Source: Alphaproteobacteria bacterium UBA6324 (GTDB taxonomy: Bacteria; Pseudomonadota; Alphaproteobacteria; CAAGCB01; CAG-977). Taken from it: a stretch of 64,000 nt of DNA. Positions 33,501 through 39,959 of the stretch are shown here, in pieces (within the stretch, counting starts at the first letter, position 1; each line of letters opens with the position of its first letter). The DNA is taken from assembly GCA_002439085.1 (NCBI GenBank), contig DJSW01000015.1, positions 25,393 to 89,392 of the forward strand, read 5' to 3'. The notes beneath the pieces were generated by a model that was given only the letters and a program-made list of their open reading frames with translations, did no database searches and was not told the origin of the DNA. The translations under genes and the position numbers were made by a program.

Positions 33501-34388
33501 CAGCTTGCCGTCCTTGTCAACGACGCGCCCGTCGGGCAGAATCGTCCCCAAAATCTCGCCGTTCGGCCCGATCGCCAGCCGCGTTCCCTCCGCGACGCCG
33601 ATGATGTATCCTTGGTCGTCAACGACCGTGCCGTCGGGGCGCAAAGTCCCGATCCGCTTGCCGTCCAGTCCATATACGACGCCGTTTTCATCGGCGTACC
33701 CGATCGGTTTGCCGTCGGGCCCCAGAATGACGCGCCCCTTTTGGCGCAGCTGATCCAAAATGGAACCGCCGCCCCCCGGCGCTTCGTCGCAGACGCCGCA
33801 CATACTGGTGTCGATGGCCATCGCCGAAACGGGAACGATCACGCGCCGACCGATGCCGCCGAATGTTTCGTCGCTCCACCTGATCGAGATGTTGGATTGT
33901 ATGGTGCGCGCCGTTTTCGGTTCCCAGCGCACGACGACGTTGCACGTCATGTCGCCGCTCAGCACGATGTCTTTGCGGCATTTGTTTTCCAAAACGAATC
34001 CGTCTTCCTGTTTGTTTTCAAATTCGACGGACGTGATGCCGACGCGGCCGGACGACGCCGACAGGGTCAGCGTCCCTTCCGCCGTCGTACCCAAAACGAC
34101 CTGATCGAAACGCAGGCTTTCGGGCGACGCGACCAACCGGACGGTTGTCGGTTGAGGTTCTTCTTCAGCCAGATTGAACGAATCCGCGTTGCCGCCGGTG
34201 ATGCTGCTGGAGCTTTCGGCCGAACCGTCAATCGTGACCTCGGCGTCTTTTTTGCGCTCCTCGTCCCCGCTCAACAGAATGATGACGCCCGTCAGGAACG
34301 CCAGCAAAGCGACGATCCCGACAACCAACAGCATTCTGTTGGACTTTTTTAAATATCTGTCTGACGAGCTGAGTAATTCTTCGTTCAT
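27534..34388 (-). CDS. virB10: giant VirB10/TrbI-family type IV secretion protein (2284 aa from ATG 34388)
   Basis: Track ORF 27534..34409 begins at a TTG. The ATG at 34388 overlaps the virB9 stop (ATGA). Layout from the N-terminus: an N-terminal TM helix (LLVVGIVALLAFLTGVIILL); an Ig-like domain; a ~1640-aa repeat array; a TrbI/VirB10 core (AILADKAIPAVLARSIDTEQSDIPLSAIVERNIYSESGRKIIIPAGSRIIGEL...VEISWKRLVRPDGAAF...GDASGRAGVGAYMD...FVPAGTRVTVYAKTDLWL); and a Q/N/P-rich tail. Confidence 0.85.
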   Translation of the reverse strand: MNEELLSSSDRYLKKSNRMLLVVGIVALLAFLTGVIILLSGDEERKKDAEVTIDGSAESSSSITGGNADSFNLAEEEPQPTTVRLVASPESLRFDQVVLGTTAEGTLTLSASSGRVGITSVEFENKQEDGFVLENKCRKDIVLSGDMTCNVVVRWEPKTARTIQSNISIRWSDETFGGIGRRVIVPVSAMAIDTSMCGVCDEAPGGGGSILDQLRQKGRVILGPDGKPIGYADENGVVYGLDGKRIGTLRPDGTVVDDQGYIIGVAEGTRLAIGPNGEILGTILPDGRVVDKDGKLIGYALPDGTIVDLNGNVIGAAVRTGIAYDKNGNPIGRIMPDGTVVDENGNIIGYVNPDGTIVDANGNIIGSVMPQGAVVDAQGNVLGIVMPDGTVVDKDGNIIGRVLPNGFVVDKDGNIIGRVIKEGLAIGAGCKMIGRISTDGSVMSANKQVGRLTASMTVVDMAGNPVGGYVQEGALLDWNGKVIGKVDSDGSPINFKGDPLGCLTPYGTVVDDSEEIIAAVLPRGTVIGDQCGVVGRVMPDGSVVGDGQIKGRILPDKRFLSAEGKVEGALARQNIGVGPGCMSLGYANLDGQMITTKGEFVGCLAANGEILDNQKVVLGRVFDTAVALNADGRVAGLTDAAGKVQDKQGKILGCLDPYGVVLNSKNEASGMIMPFGGVLDRDGRTIGWVMPDGSVSNGKAATVGRTMPDGSVVDLSGQTVARVAPTGGIALRGACQPAGDILIDGRVVDKDFKRAAYIHMNDMLTDENGDFLGRVAYGARAIGRKDAYLGRTGIDGTLYDAAGKQIGCLRPDSVFVDSDNKFLGAALAEGIAVNDKPELYARGDSIAKAMNLKGTDFVGAVTIAALVREDDRITGGVIPRKADVFDIKTSETIGRLLPSGAAVDLLSRPLGRLKMPSGEIVNKDGKVVGKIFVGLRQVVGPNGEILGVVMPDGTVVDAAGRVIGKADLNGKVVDKDGRVIGEVIPVGQPIIGPDGKIIGYVGIDGTIVDKDGNPVLGPNGKPMRYRAGGSVVEDGGKVIGKIGNTLERLVYDKDGNIIGRVLPDGTVVDLDGNVIGRMLPDGTVVDLNGNVIGHAGPPERLVYDENGKLIGRVLADGTVVDLKGNVIGRVMPDGTVVSLDGTVIGYAVKDGLGLNFKNEVIGKIDSSGQLKSAGSDRVLGTLQADDTIADSASVVIGKGVVNAVPVGKQCRTLGTIDDLGKVIDTTGRQIGRLNYDRSLVDASNAQIGLALGQDSVINEPCKIIGRMTAQGNAIDTKGEKLGCVDFEGLVRDQNGKRLGRVVSKGQVRGPADDIIGKIVANGEALGDQGNVLGCFTVDGAVLDKDKKVLGVAADLKYAVDDNGKIIARVLGGRYGVNPDGGAFIGELDGEELKNDGKRLGVSVPSGRRVIAVDGKIVGTVLPRGRVMNDRGEDVGFVTASTRVLTDERKFLGRVVPIGEECKDGKNNVVGKVHFDGTIVDDRQQVLGRLMASGQALDNAGAHLCMITLISTNDDGSLFPKSMIGKMVYGPDGKPLGVIDADGFIRDANGNIVGRVLPDGTVIDLNGNIIGKVYPKGAVFSPDGKFLGIVGEDGYLRDENGNIIGRMLPDGTVVDMNGNVIGRALLEDGIVDANGNFLTKAGEDRLVYDANGNVIGRVLPDGTVVDLNGNVIGRMLPDGTVVDLNGNVIGRASPPSQSKNVKIAVGRDGKFLGIVGEDGFVRDANGNIIGRVLPDGTVVDLNGNVIGSVIEGEPIRDENGNIIGVIMPDGRVVDLDGNVIGRINANGEIVDEDGTVLGIWKGGKLTPLSDKLKGKRFAFDKNGNRIGVIRPDGTVVDENGNIIGRVDANGNVIDLDGNIIGSINPPAPDQKQEDKKDGRVSVFGTFDPDSYRYRGKNLGSGGGTGKGERYDPARIKKLRAMQLAYRRQIRPGKGIGVSATEEDTLKKQKRSRNWNKQGILKNVSSYRVNMENAILADKAIPAVLARSIDTEQSDIPLSAIVERNIYSESGRKIIIPAGSRIIGELTGTSAQEEVGSASKVEISWKRLVRPDGAAFVFESGVSGDASGRAGVGAYMDRQLLKKYGLPILQSTVSSAILYAMATNDTAAVGESGQVAKSGRQEAAEDARSRFSEVMQEVADDLFEETKKLKTRLFVPAGTRVTVYAKTDLWLRSEMEDYEDEYINKKEVLIDPDKPDENEKDDEDAGGMVDPNAQGSQTNPNDPNNMQQQQQIYYNNYTGQPPPPRQSNLIDDKPQQQQPQFQQPVPQQETQVKKDEPVDPVPELDF
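28809..33737 (-). repeat. intragenic coding repeat array in virB10 (~17-18-aa units, consensus about LPDGTVVDLNGNVIGRV)
   Basis: I count about 30 canonical (D/N)G-x-(V/I)(V/I)D-xx-G-xx-(I/V/L)G units plus many degenerate ones. At DNA level the copies are diverged, roughly 85-90% identity by eye between the best pairs (e.g. ~29320-29440 vs ~31105-31230). Confidence 0.85.
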
Positions 34389-35926
34389 TGCGTCCGCACA
34401 ACTATGCAAGTCACCCCGCGGCGACCCAATTGATTACACAATTTGTCCCCCGCCTCGATACTGCCGACAGGCCCGATGCGCAAACGGAACAAATCCCTTG
34501 ATTCACCCTCCGCGACGGCGTCAACGGAATAATACGGCTCGAAAGCCCCGAGCAAATCCTTGTTTTTACGCGAAATGACGTCCCATTTCTGTTCCAGCGG
34601 AGCGATTTCCGCGCCCGATCCCAATTCAATGGCGATCGTTTCGGCCGGCGTCGAACGGTAACGGAAAGCGCGCGACGCGTCCCGTCCCTGCTGCGCCGAA
34701 AACTGCGCGATCTGCGCCGCGTTCATCATCGGGTTCATCATGTTCGGCATCCCCGCGCCGCCCATGGCCGCCGCGCCGTTCAACGCGGTCATCGTCTTCG
34801 CGCCGCCCGCGGCCGGATTGTACCCCGGCGTCGTGATCATCGGCCCCGGCGCCCATTGCGGCTGGACGGATTTTTCGTATTCTACCCAATCCGTCCCGTA
34901 GGCCGGATCCTTTCTGATCTTCAGACACAGGATGCGTTTGCCGTTGCGCAAAACCAAATCGCCGATGCCTTCGACAACCATCAACCGTCCGTTCGGCCCG
35001 CGCGTCCTGAAACCGATCGGCACTTCGGACCCCTGCGACAACAGGTTGACGATCGGCCGTTCGGTCATGGTCAGCGCTTTCGGTCCGAAGTCGATATAGG
35101 TAAAGATTTCGTCACGCCACACGCGTTCCGGCGCGATTTCCATATCGGCGGGATTCGGAATGAAAACGTCGATGTCGAAACGCAGTTTTTCGGGATCGAC
35201 TTCGATGTCCGCCAGCCAGTCCTCCGTCCCGTTTTTGGTCGTGTTTTTCTTTCCCGACCGCATTCCGCCGAACATCCCGCCCGAACCGGCGGAAACGTTC
35301 ATGACGCCCGCCGCCGCGCCCGTTGCGACCGCGCCCGAAGCAAACGGCGTCGTGCCGGAATCGTCGGGAACGAATTTGGCGTCGTTGATCACGATGTCAA
35401 CGACCGAGTTTGTGATTCTGTCCGTGTTGAACGTTTCGCTGCGCAGGTAAAAGACGTACCTGTTTCCCGAACGTCCGAACACGATCATGTTCGTGTCCAT
35501 GCCGACCAGATCGACGCTGGCGGCGAAAACCATCAAAGCGTTCTGCGCGACCTTTTGCGCCCCGAACGCGCTTTCGTTGCCCAGAAACACGTTTTCGATC
35601 AGTTCCCACGACGGGAAATTGATCAGGGTGTGCATCCCTTCGCGAATGCGCAGGGGCAAAACCAGATCGGGCGTCCAGTAATATCTGGAATATCCGGGTT
35701 TGCTCTGCCCTTCGCCCAAATGTTCCATCGGCTTGTTCCACGCCTTTTGCTGCATCCCCAAAGACCAGAACGGCATATCCATTTCGGAATACTGCCCGTT
35801 CGACTGTTCAATCGCCGCGTCCATTGATTCGCGCGCGGCGGTCTGTTGCGCCGAAACGTTTTGCGCGAACAGGCAAAACGTCAGCGAAACGACTGCGAAA
35901 AGGCGGATTTTCAAATTAGCTTTCAC
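34385..35926 (-). CDS. virB9: VirB9/TrbG/CagX-family T4SS outer-membrane core protein with a C-terminal SPOR-like domain
   Basis: GTG start preceded by AAGAAGG. Signal peptide MKANLKIRLFAVVSLTFCLFAQNVSAQQ. VirB9 N-domain (LPLRIREGMHTLINFPSWELIENVFLGNESAF...NALMVFAAS..TNMIVFGRSGNRYVFYL). VirB9 C-domain (VWRDEIFTYIDFGPKAL...LVLRNGKRILCLKI). After a Gly/Ala/Met-rich linker comes LFRLRIGPVGSIEAGDKLCNQLGRRGVTCIVVR. Confidence 0.85.
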   Translation of the reverse strand: MKANLKIRLFAVVSLTFCLFAQNVSAQQTAARESMDAAIEQSNGQYSEMDMPFWSLGMQQKAWNKPMEHLGEGQSKPGYSRYYWTPDLVLPLRIREGMHTLINFPSWELIENVFLGNESAFGAQKVAQNALMVFAASVDLVGMDTNMIVFGRSGNRYVFYLRSETFNTDRITNSVVDIVINDAKFVPDDSGTTPFASGAVATGAAAGVMNVSAGSGGMFGGMRSGKKNTTKNGTEDWLADIEVDPEKLRFDIDVFIPNPADMEIAPERVWRDEIFTYIDFGPKALTMTERPIVNLLSQGSEVPIGFRTRGPNGRLMVVEGIGDLVLRNGKRILCLKIRKDPAYGTDWVEYEKSVQPQWAPGPMITTPGYNPAAGGAKTMTALNGAAAMGGAGMPNMMNPMMNAAQIAQFSAQQGRDASRAFRYRSTPAETIAIELGSGAEIAPLEQKWDVISRKNKDLLGAFEPYYSVDAVAEGESRDLFRLRIGPVGSIEAGDKLCNQLGRRGVTCIVVRTQ

Positions 35927-35937
35927 GGGACACCTTC

Positions 35938-36714
35938 TTATTCGTTAGCACTTTCGATGGAATAGCCGTCAACCGAGAACCCCAGCGGGTTTTTCAGCCG
36001 GTTGATGTATTTGACCTGCCGCTGGTCTTTGGCGAAATATTTGATCGACAGCCGGACGCGCCAGCGGGAAACGGCGGGTTCCTCGGCTTCGGGCAGCATA
36101 TCGCGCGTGACGATGTAAACCAGCCAGATGTTTTGCTGGCGCACGACGGATTCAATGCGGACTTCGCGCGTCAAACCCTCCAGCTTGATGCGCGACAGCC
36201 AATCCTTGACCGTTTTGGAAAACTGGTTATAAACCTGCGCCGACGACATCCAGCGCAAAGGCCCGTCGGGCCCCCAGCGGAACGACATTTCATCAACGTC
36301 GGAAACCATCGTGTTGCGCAGCAGGACGTATTGACGGATCATGGCTTCGGAAATGATGTCTTCGGCCGCCATATCCTTGGACAGCGGACGGATTCTGACG
36401 ACCTGTTCGTCCTTGCTTTGGAACGTCAGCAAAAACGGTTCGACGCGTTTCAACGGCATCAAATGAACGATGGCCAGCAACAAAACCAGATTGACGCACA
36501 AAGCGACGGCGGACACGATCGCAAAAGCGCGCGCCGTCCACAAATACCGCCGTTCGCGCAGCTGATCGACCGACACTTCCTCAACCTGCGGCAAAGCGGG
36601 CGCGGGCTTTTTCTTCGCGTCGGCGACGGGGCGCGCGGCGTCCGCCTTTTTCAAAGGCTGTGTTTCGGCGTCTTTTACCGTCAGCTGTTGTTTCGATCTC
36701 ACCGGTCTGGGCAT
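35938..36714 (-). CDS. virB8: VirB8-family T4SS inner-membrane protein (paralog b)
   Basis: 258 aa with a single TM (AFAIVSAVALCVNLVLLLAIVHL). NTF2-like periplasmic part with IRQYVLLRNT.., WLVYIVTRD.., RLKNPLGFSVDGY. Confidence 0.8.
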   Translation of the reverse strand: MPRPVRSKQQLTVKDAETQPLKKADAARPVADAKKKPAPALPQVEEVSVDQLRERRYLWTARAFAIVSAVALCVNLVLLLAIVHLMPLKRVEPFLLTFQSKDEQVVRIRPLSKDMAAEDIISEAMIRQYVLLRNTMVSDVDEMSFRWGPDGPLRWMSSAQVYNQFSKTVKDWLSRIKLEGLTREVRIESVVRQQNIWLVYIVTRDMLPEAEEPAVSRWRVRLSIKYFAKDQRQVKYINRLKNPLGFSVDGYSIESANE

Positions 36715-36727
36715 CGTTTTCGTCCTG

Positions 36728-36925
36728 TCATCCCGCCGCCGTCATCCAATCGGGCAGATTGGCCGGCAACTTTAAAAGCATACAGGCACACGGGGAACGT
36801 TTCAATTCAGAAATGTCCCGACCGATGCCGACCGGTTCTTTTTCATAAATGGAACCGGCGCAGGCGTTCAACACGACGCACGCCGTTACGATCAAAACCG
36901 CTTTTCCGATTGTTTTCATTTTCAT
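36728..36925 (-). CDS. virB7: small lipoprotein, VirB7-like by size and position (65 aa)
   Basis: This is the C-terminal part of track ORF 36728..37315. ATG at 36925 follows a GGAGAA SD. MKMKTIGKAVLIVTACVVLNAC has a lipobox (LNAC). It sits between the two virB8 paralogs. No sequence-level homology is claimed. Confidence 0.55.
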   Translation of the reverse strand: MKMKTIGKAVLIVTACVVLNACAGSIYEKEPVGIGRDISELKRSPCACMLLKLPANLPDWMTAAG

Positions 36926-36945
36926 GCCGGATTCTCCTGTCTTGG

Positions 36946-37650
36946 TTATTTTTTCTGCCGCGCCAAATGATATTGCGTCACCGTGAACCCCAACGGGTTG
37001 CGCAGGCGGGAAAACATCACGGCATTGCTGGAATAATAGCGGAATTGGATCGTGGCGATCCAATGTTCTATCACGGGGGGGCTTACCGTTTTGTCCATGC
37101 GCCGCGTGTCGAAAAAGATTTGCCAGCTGTTCCATCCCTCTTTGATGATGCGCTTGATGTCCGTTTCCACCGTAACCTGCGGCGCCGTTTCCGGATCGGG
37201 GAAATAGCGGGGCATTTCCTTTGTCGCGAAAGCTTCGTACACTTCGGGCGACGACATATAGCGCACAAGGCCGCCGCCGCCCCACTGGATGCGCATTTCG
37301 CGGGCGTTTTTCCACACGTTGTTGCGGGCGGTCACATATTGGCGCACAAACATTTCCGCCAGAATGTCCATCGCCGGCATATCCGGATGCAGCGGTTCAA
37401 AATAGGACAGGTTTTCCGAATACGTCGGCGCCGTAACCAAAACGGAATCCACCTCCGCCTCTTTGGAAATGTGAATCAGCGACAGGGCGAAAACGACGGT
37501 CGAAACGACCAGCGCGAAACACAGCACGCTGAAAAACCGCGACAGCCAGATAAAAGTGGCAACGCGTCCCCCGTCCGTCGGCGGTTTACCCAACCCCGCG
37601 GATTTCCTGACATTCGGGCGAACAGACGCATTTGGCATACTTTTTTCCAT
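36946..37650 (-). CDS. virB8: VirB8-family T4SS protein (paralog a)
   Basis: 234 aa with a TM (FFSVLCFALVVSTVVFALSLI). Motifs FVRQYVTARNN.., WQIFFDTRR.., RLRNPLGFTVTQY are parallel to paralog b. Confidence 0.8.
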   Translation of the reverse strand: MEKSMPNASVRPNVRKSAGLGKPPTDGGRVATFIWLSRFFSVLCFALVVSTVVFALSLIHISKEAEVDSVLVTAPTYSENLSYFEPLHPDMPAMDILAEMFVRQYVTARNNVWKNAREMRIQWGGGGLVRYMSSPEVYEAFATKEMPRYFPDPETAPQVTVETDIKRIIKEGWNSWQIFFDTRRMDKTVSPPVIEHWIATIQFRYYSSNAVMFSRLRNPLGFTVTQYHLARQKK

Positions 37651-37752
37651 TCTTTAATAGTGGCTCCATTTCGTTAAAAATACCTTTCCGAACGGAAAAA
37701 AGTGAAGAATTTAAACGGAAAAAACGGCATCCGCGCCCTGCGCGCGAACGGG

Positions 37753-38463
37753 TCAGACAAACGCTTTTTCCAACGCCGCCGACAAATGCCCCGCCGCCGT
37801 CATGTCGATGCCGTGCATCAAACCGGAAACGACATACGTTTCGACATCAACGCCCGCCGCCGCCAGATTGCGCCGGTTCAAATCGAACACCGCGGGCGGA
37901 ACGACGTTGTCGGCATCTCCGTGAATCAGGGTCACGGGCGGTCGCGACACGATTTTATCCGGCGTGAACACCGTCCCGTCAAACGTCACGGCGACCGCGG
38001 ACATTCCGACCGCCGCCGCCAACGTTTCATCAAAACGCAAAGCCGTATATACCGCCATCAGCCCGCCCTGCGAAAAACCGCACAAGGCGGCCTTTGACGC
38101 CGGAACGCCCGCGTTTTCCAACACGGCGCGCAAATAGGCGTCCGTCGTCGCGCGCGCCCGCTCCGCCAGCGGCATCAGGGTTTTCAAATACCGCTCGCCC
38201 GCCTGCGGATCGGCCAGTTCCGCCGGATTGAACCCGTCAAGGTCGAACCACTGATATCCGTCGAAGAATCCCAGTTCCTCCGGCGCGTCGGGAAAATAGA
38301 ACGCGGCATCGGGCAAACGTTGCCGCAGCAAACCGGAAATGCCGGACAGATCCTGCCCGTCCGCGCCGTACCCGTGAAAAAACACGGCGGCGTGCGACGG
38401 CTTTCCGCCGTCCGGCAAAGACGCGTAAGTCCGCAAAGGCAGATCCGTCAACACCCGCATCAT
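37753..38463 (-). CDS. phospholipase/carboxylesterase-family alpha/beta hydrolase
   Basis: 236 aa. Motifs VFFHGYGADGQDL, the nucleophile elbow GFSQGG, and IHGDADNVVP. The start overlaps the helicase stop (ATGA). Confidence 0.75.
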   Translation of the reverse strand: MMRVLTDLPLRTYASLPDGGKPSHAAVFFHGYGADGQDLSGISGLLRQRLPDAAFYFPDAPEELGFFDGYQWFDLDGFNPAELADPQAGERYLKTLMPLAERARATTDAYLRAVLENAGVPASKAALCGFSQGGLMAVYTALRFDETLAAAVGMSAVAVTFDGTVFTPDKIVSRPPVTLIHGDADNVVPPAVFDLNRRNLAAAGVDVETYVVSGLMHGIDMTAAGHLSAALEKAFV

Positions 38464-39902
38464 GACAATTTGATCTCGTTCATCATAAACGCCGGCATCG
38501 CGTTGCCGAAAGCCTTCGTTTCAACGGGCTTGCGTTCATTTTGCCGTTTCGGCGGGCGGTTGTTCTGAACAGGCTTTGCTTTTTTGTTGCCGTTTGCCGC
38601 CTTTACCGCCGGAGCGGCCGCCTTTTCCTTTTCGGGCGCGGGCTGTTTTTCCTTGACCGCAGGGGCGCGTTCGCGCTTTTCATCCTTTTTCACGGCGTCG
38701 TTTTTCGGCGCGACTTCAGCCTGTTTCGCGGGTTTGCCGCGGCGTCTTCCCTTGGCTTTCGGTTCCGGTTCCGGATCCATTTCCACGGAAAAGCGGGACA
38801 TTTCCTCGATCTTTTTGCCGATCATCTTTTCAATCGCGGCCAAAGCCTTGAAATCGCGCGAAGTCACCAGCATGAACGCGCGTCCCGTGCGCCCCGCGCG
38901 CCCCGTGCGGCCGATGCGGTGGATGTAGTCTTCGGAATTAACGGGAACGTCAAAGTTGAAAACGTGCGACACGTCGGGCAGATCCAGCCCGCGCGCGGCG
39001 ACATCCGAACACACCAGCAGCTGCACGTTGCCGTCGCGGAAAGCGTTCAGCGTATCCGTGCGCGCCCCCTGCGCCATATCGCCGTGCAAAGCGGCGACGG
39101 AGAATTTGTGTTTCGTAAAGGATTTGAACAGGATGTCCACATCCTTTTTGCGGTTGCAGAAAATCATCGCGTTTTTCACGTCTTCGGCGCGGATCAGATT
39201 GCGCAACACCTCGCGTTTGCCGCGTTCGTTCGTTTTCACGATGAATTGTTCGACCGTGTCCGCCGTGGACATCGGGGGATCGACGCGGATTTCGACGGGG
39301 AATTTCATAAACTTCTGCGCCAAAGCCTTGATTTCAGGCAGCATCGTCGCGGAAAACAGCAGCGTCTGGCGCATTGACGGCAGCTTGAACGCGATTTTTT
39401 CCACATCGGGAATGAATCCCATATCCAACATCCGGTCGGCTTCGTCCAACACGAACACGCGCACGTCGCGCAACAAAATGCGGCCGCGTTCGCACAAATC
39501 AATCATGCGGCCGGGGGTGGCGATCAACACGTCAACGCCGCGCGACAAAATCTTTTGCTGTTCCACCATGGATTCGCCGCCGATCAGCAAAGCCATCGTC
39601 AGCTTTTGATACTTGCCGTATTTCTGAAAACATTCGGCGATCTGCGTGGCCAATTCGCGCGTCGGCGACAGGATCAGCGTTCTGGGCATCAAAGCTTTTG
39701 CCCGACCGTTGGCCAGAATGTCGATCATGGGCAGGGTGAACGCCGCGGTTTTGCCCGTCCCCGTCTGCGCGATCCCCATCACGTCGTTGCGTTTCAAAAT
39801 TTCGGGAATGGCCTTTTCCTGAATGGGGGTGGGTTCCGTATAGCCGACTTCGGTGACGGCTTTTAAAGTGTTTTCGTTCAGTCCGAGATCAGAAAATTTC
39901 AT
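38460..39902 (-). CDS. rhlE: DEAD-box ATP-dependent RNA helicase (RhlE-like) with a basic C-terminal tail
   Basis: Q motif (FSDLGL...GYTEPTPIQ), AQTGTGKT, PTRELA, DEAD (VLDEADRM), SAT, HRIGRTGRAG. The C-terminal tail is Lys/Pro/Ala-rich. Confidence 0.9.
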   Translation of the reverse strand: MKFSDLGLNENTLKAVTEVGYTEPTPIQEKAIPEILKRNDVMGIAQTGTGKTAAFTLPMIDILANGRAKALMPRTLILSPTRELATQIAECFQKYGKYQKLTMALLIGGESMVEQQKILSRGVDVLIATPGRMIDLCERGRILLRDVRVFVLDEADRMLDMGFIPDVEKIAFKLPSMRQTLLFSATMLPEIKALAQKFMKFPVEIRVDPPMSTADTVEQFIVKTNERGKREVLRNLIRAEDVKNAMIFCNRKKDVDILFKSFTKHKFSVAALHGDMAQGARTDTLNAFRDGNVQLLVCSDVAARGLDLPDVSHVFNFDVPVNSEDYIHRIGRTGRAGRTGRAFMLVTSRDFKALAAIEKMIGKKIEEMSRFSVEMDPEPEPKAKGRRRGKPAKQAEVAPKNDAVKKDEKRERAPAVKEKQPAPEKEKAAAPAVKAANGNKKAKPVQNNRPPKRQNERKPVETKAFGNAMPAFMMNEIKLS

Positions 39903-39959
39903 TTTTATGTTTTTATTCCGTTAAAAGTGTGGCACGAATAAATAAGCTTATATACCGAA

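Noticed and set aside
28548-34352. Very long plus-strand ORFs (28548..31700, 1050 aa; 32112..34352, 746 aa; and many shorter ones) opposite virB10
   Set aside because: They are antisense to a gene with clear VirB10 homology and regular repeats. Their translations are Arg/Ala/Asp/His/Val-rich, mirror-image repeats (DHVAVQ..DDRPVGQ..) with no start context. These are open frames produced by the periodic GC-rich codon pattern, not genes.
36926-37315. The N-terminal 130 aa of track ORF 36728..37315
   Set aside because: This part overlaps virB8a in another frame. Only the last 65 codons, from the ATG at 36925 with its own SD and lipoprotein signal, look like a real gene.
39926-39946. TGGCAC hexamer upstream of the isochorismatase-family gene as a sigma54 promoter
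   Set aside because: The -12 position reads AATAAGC rather than TTGC(A/T), so only the -24 half matches.
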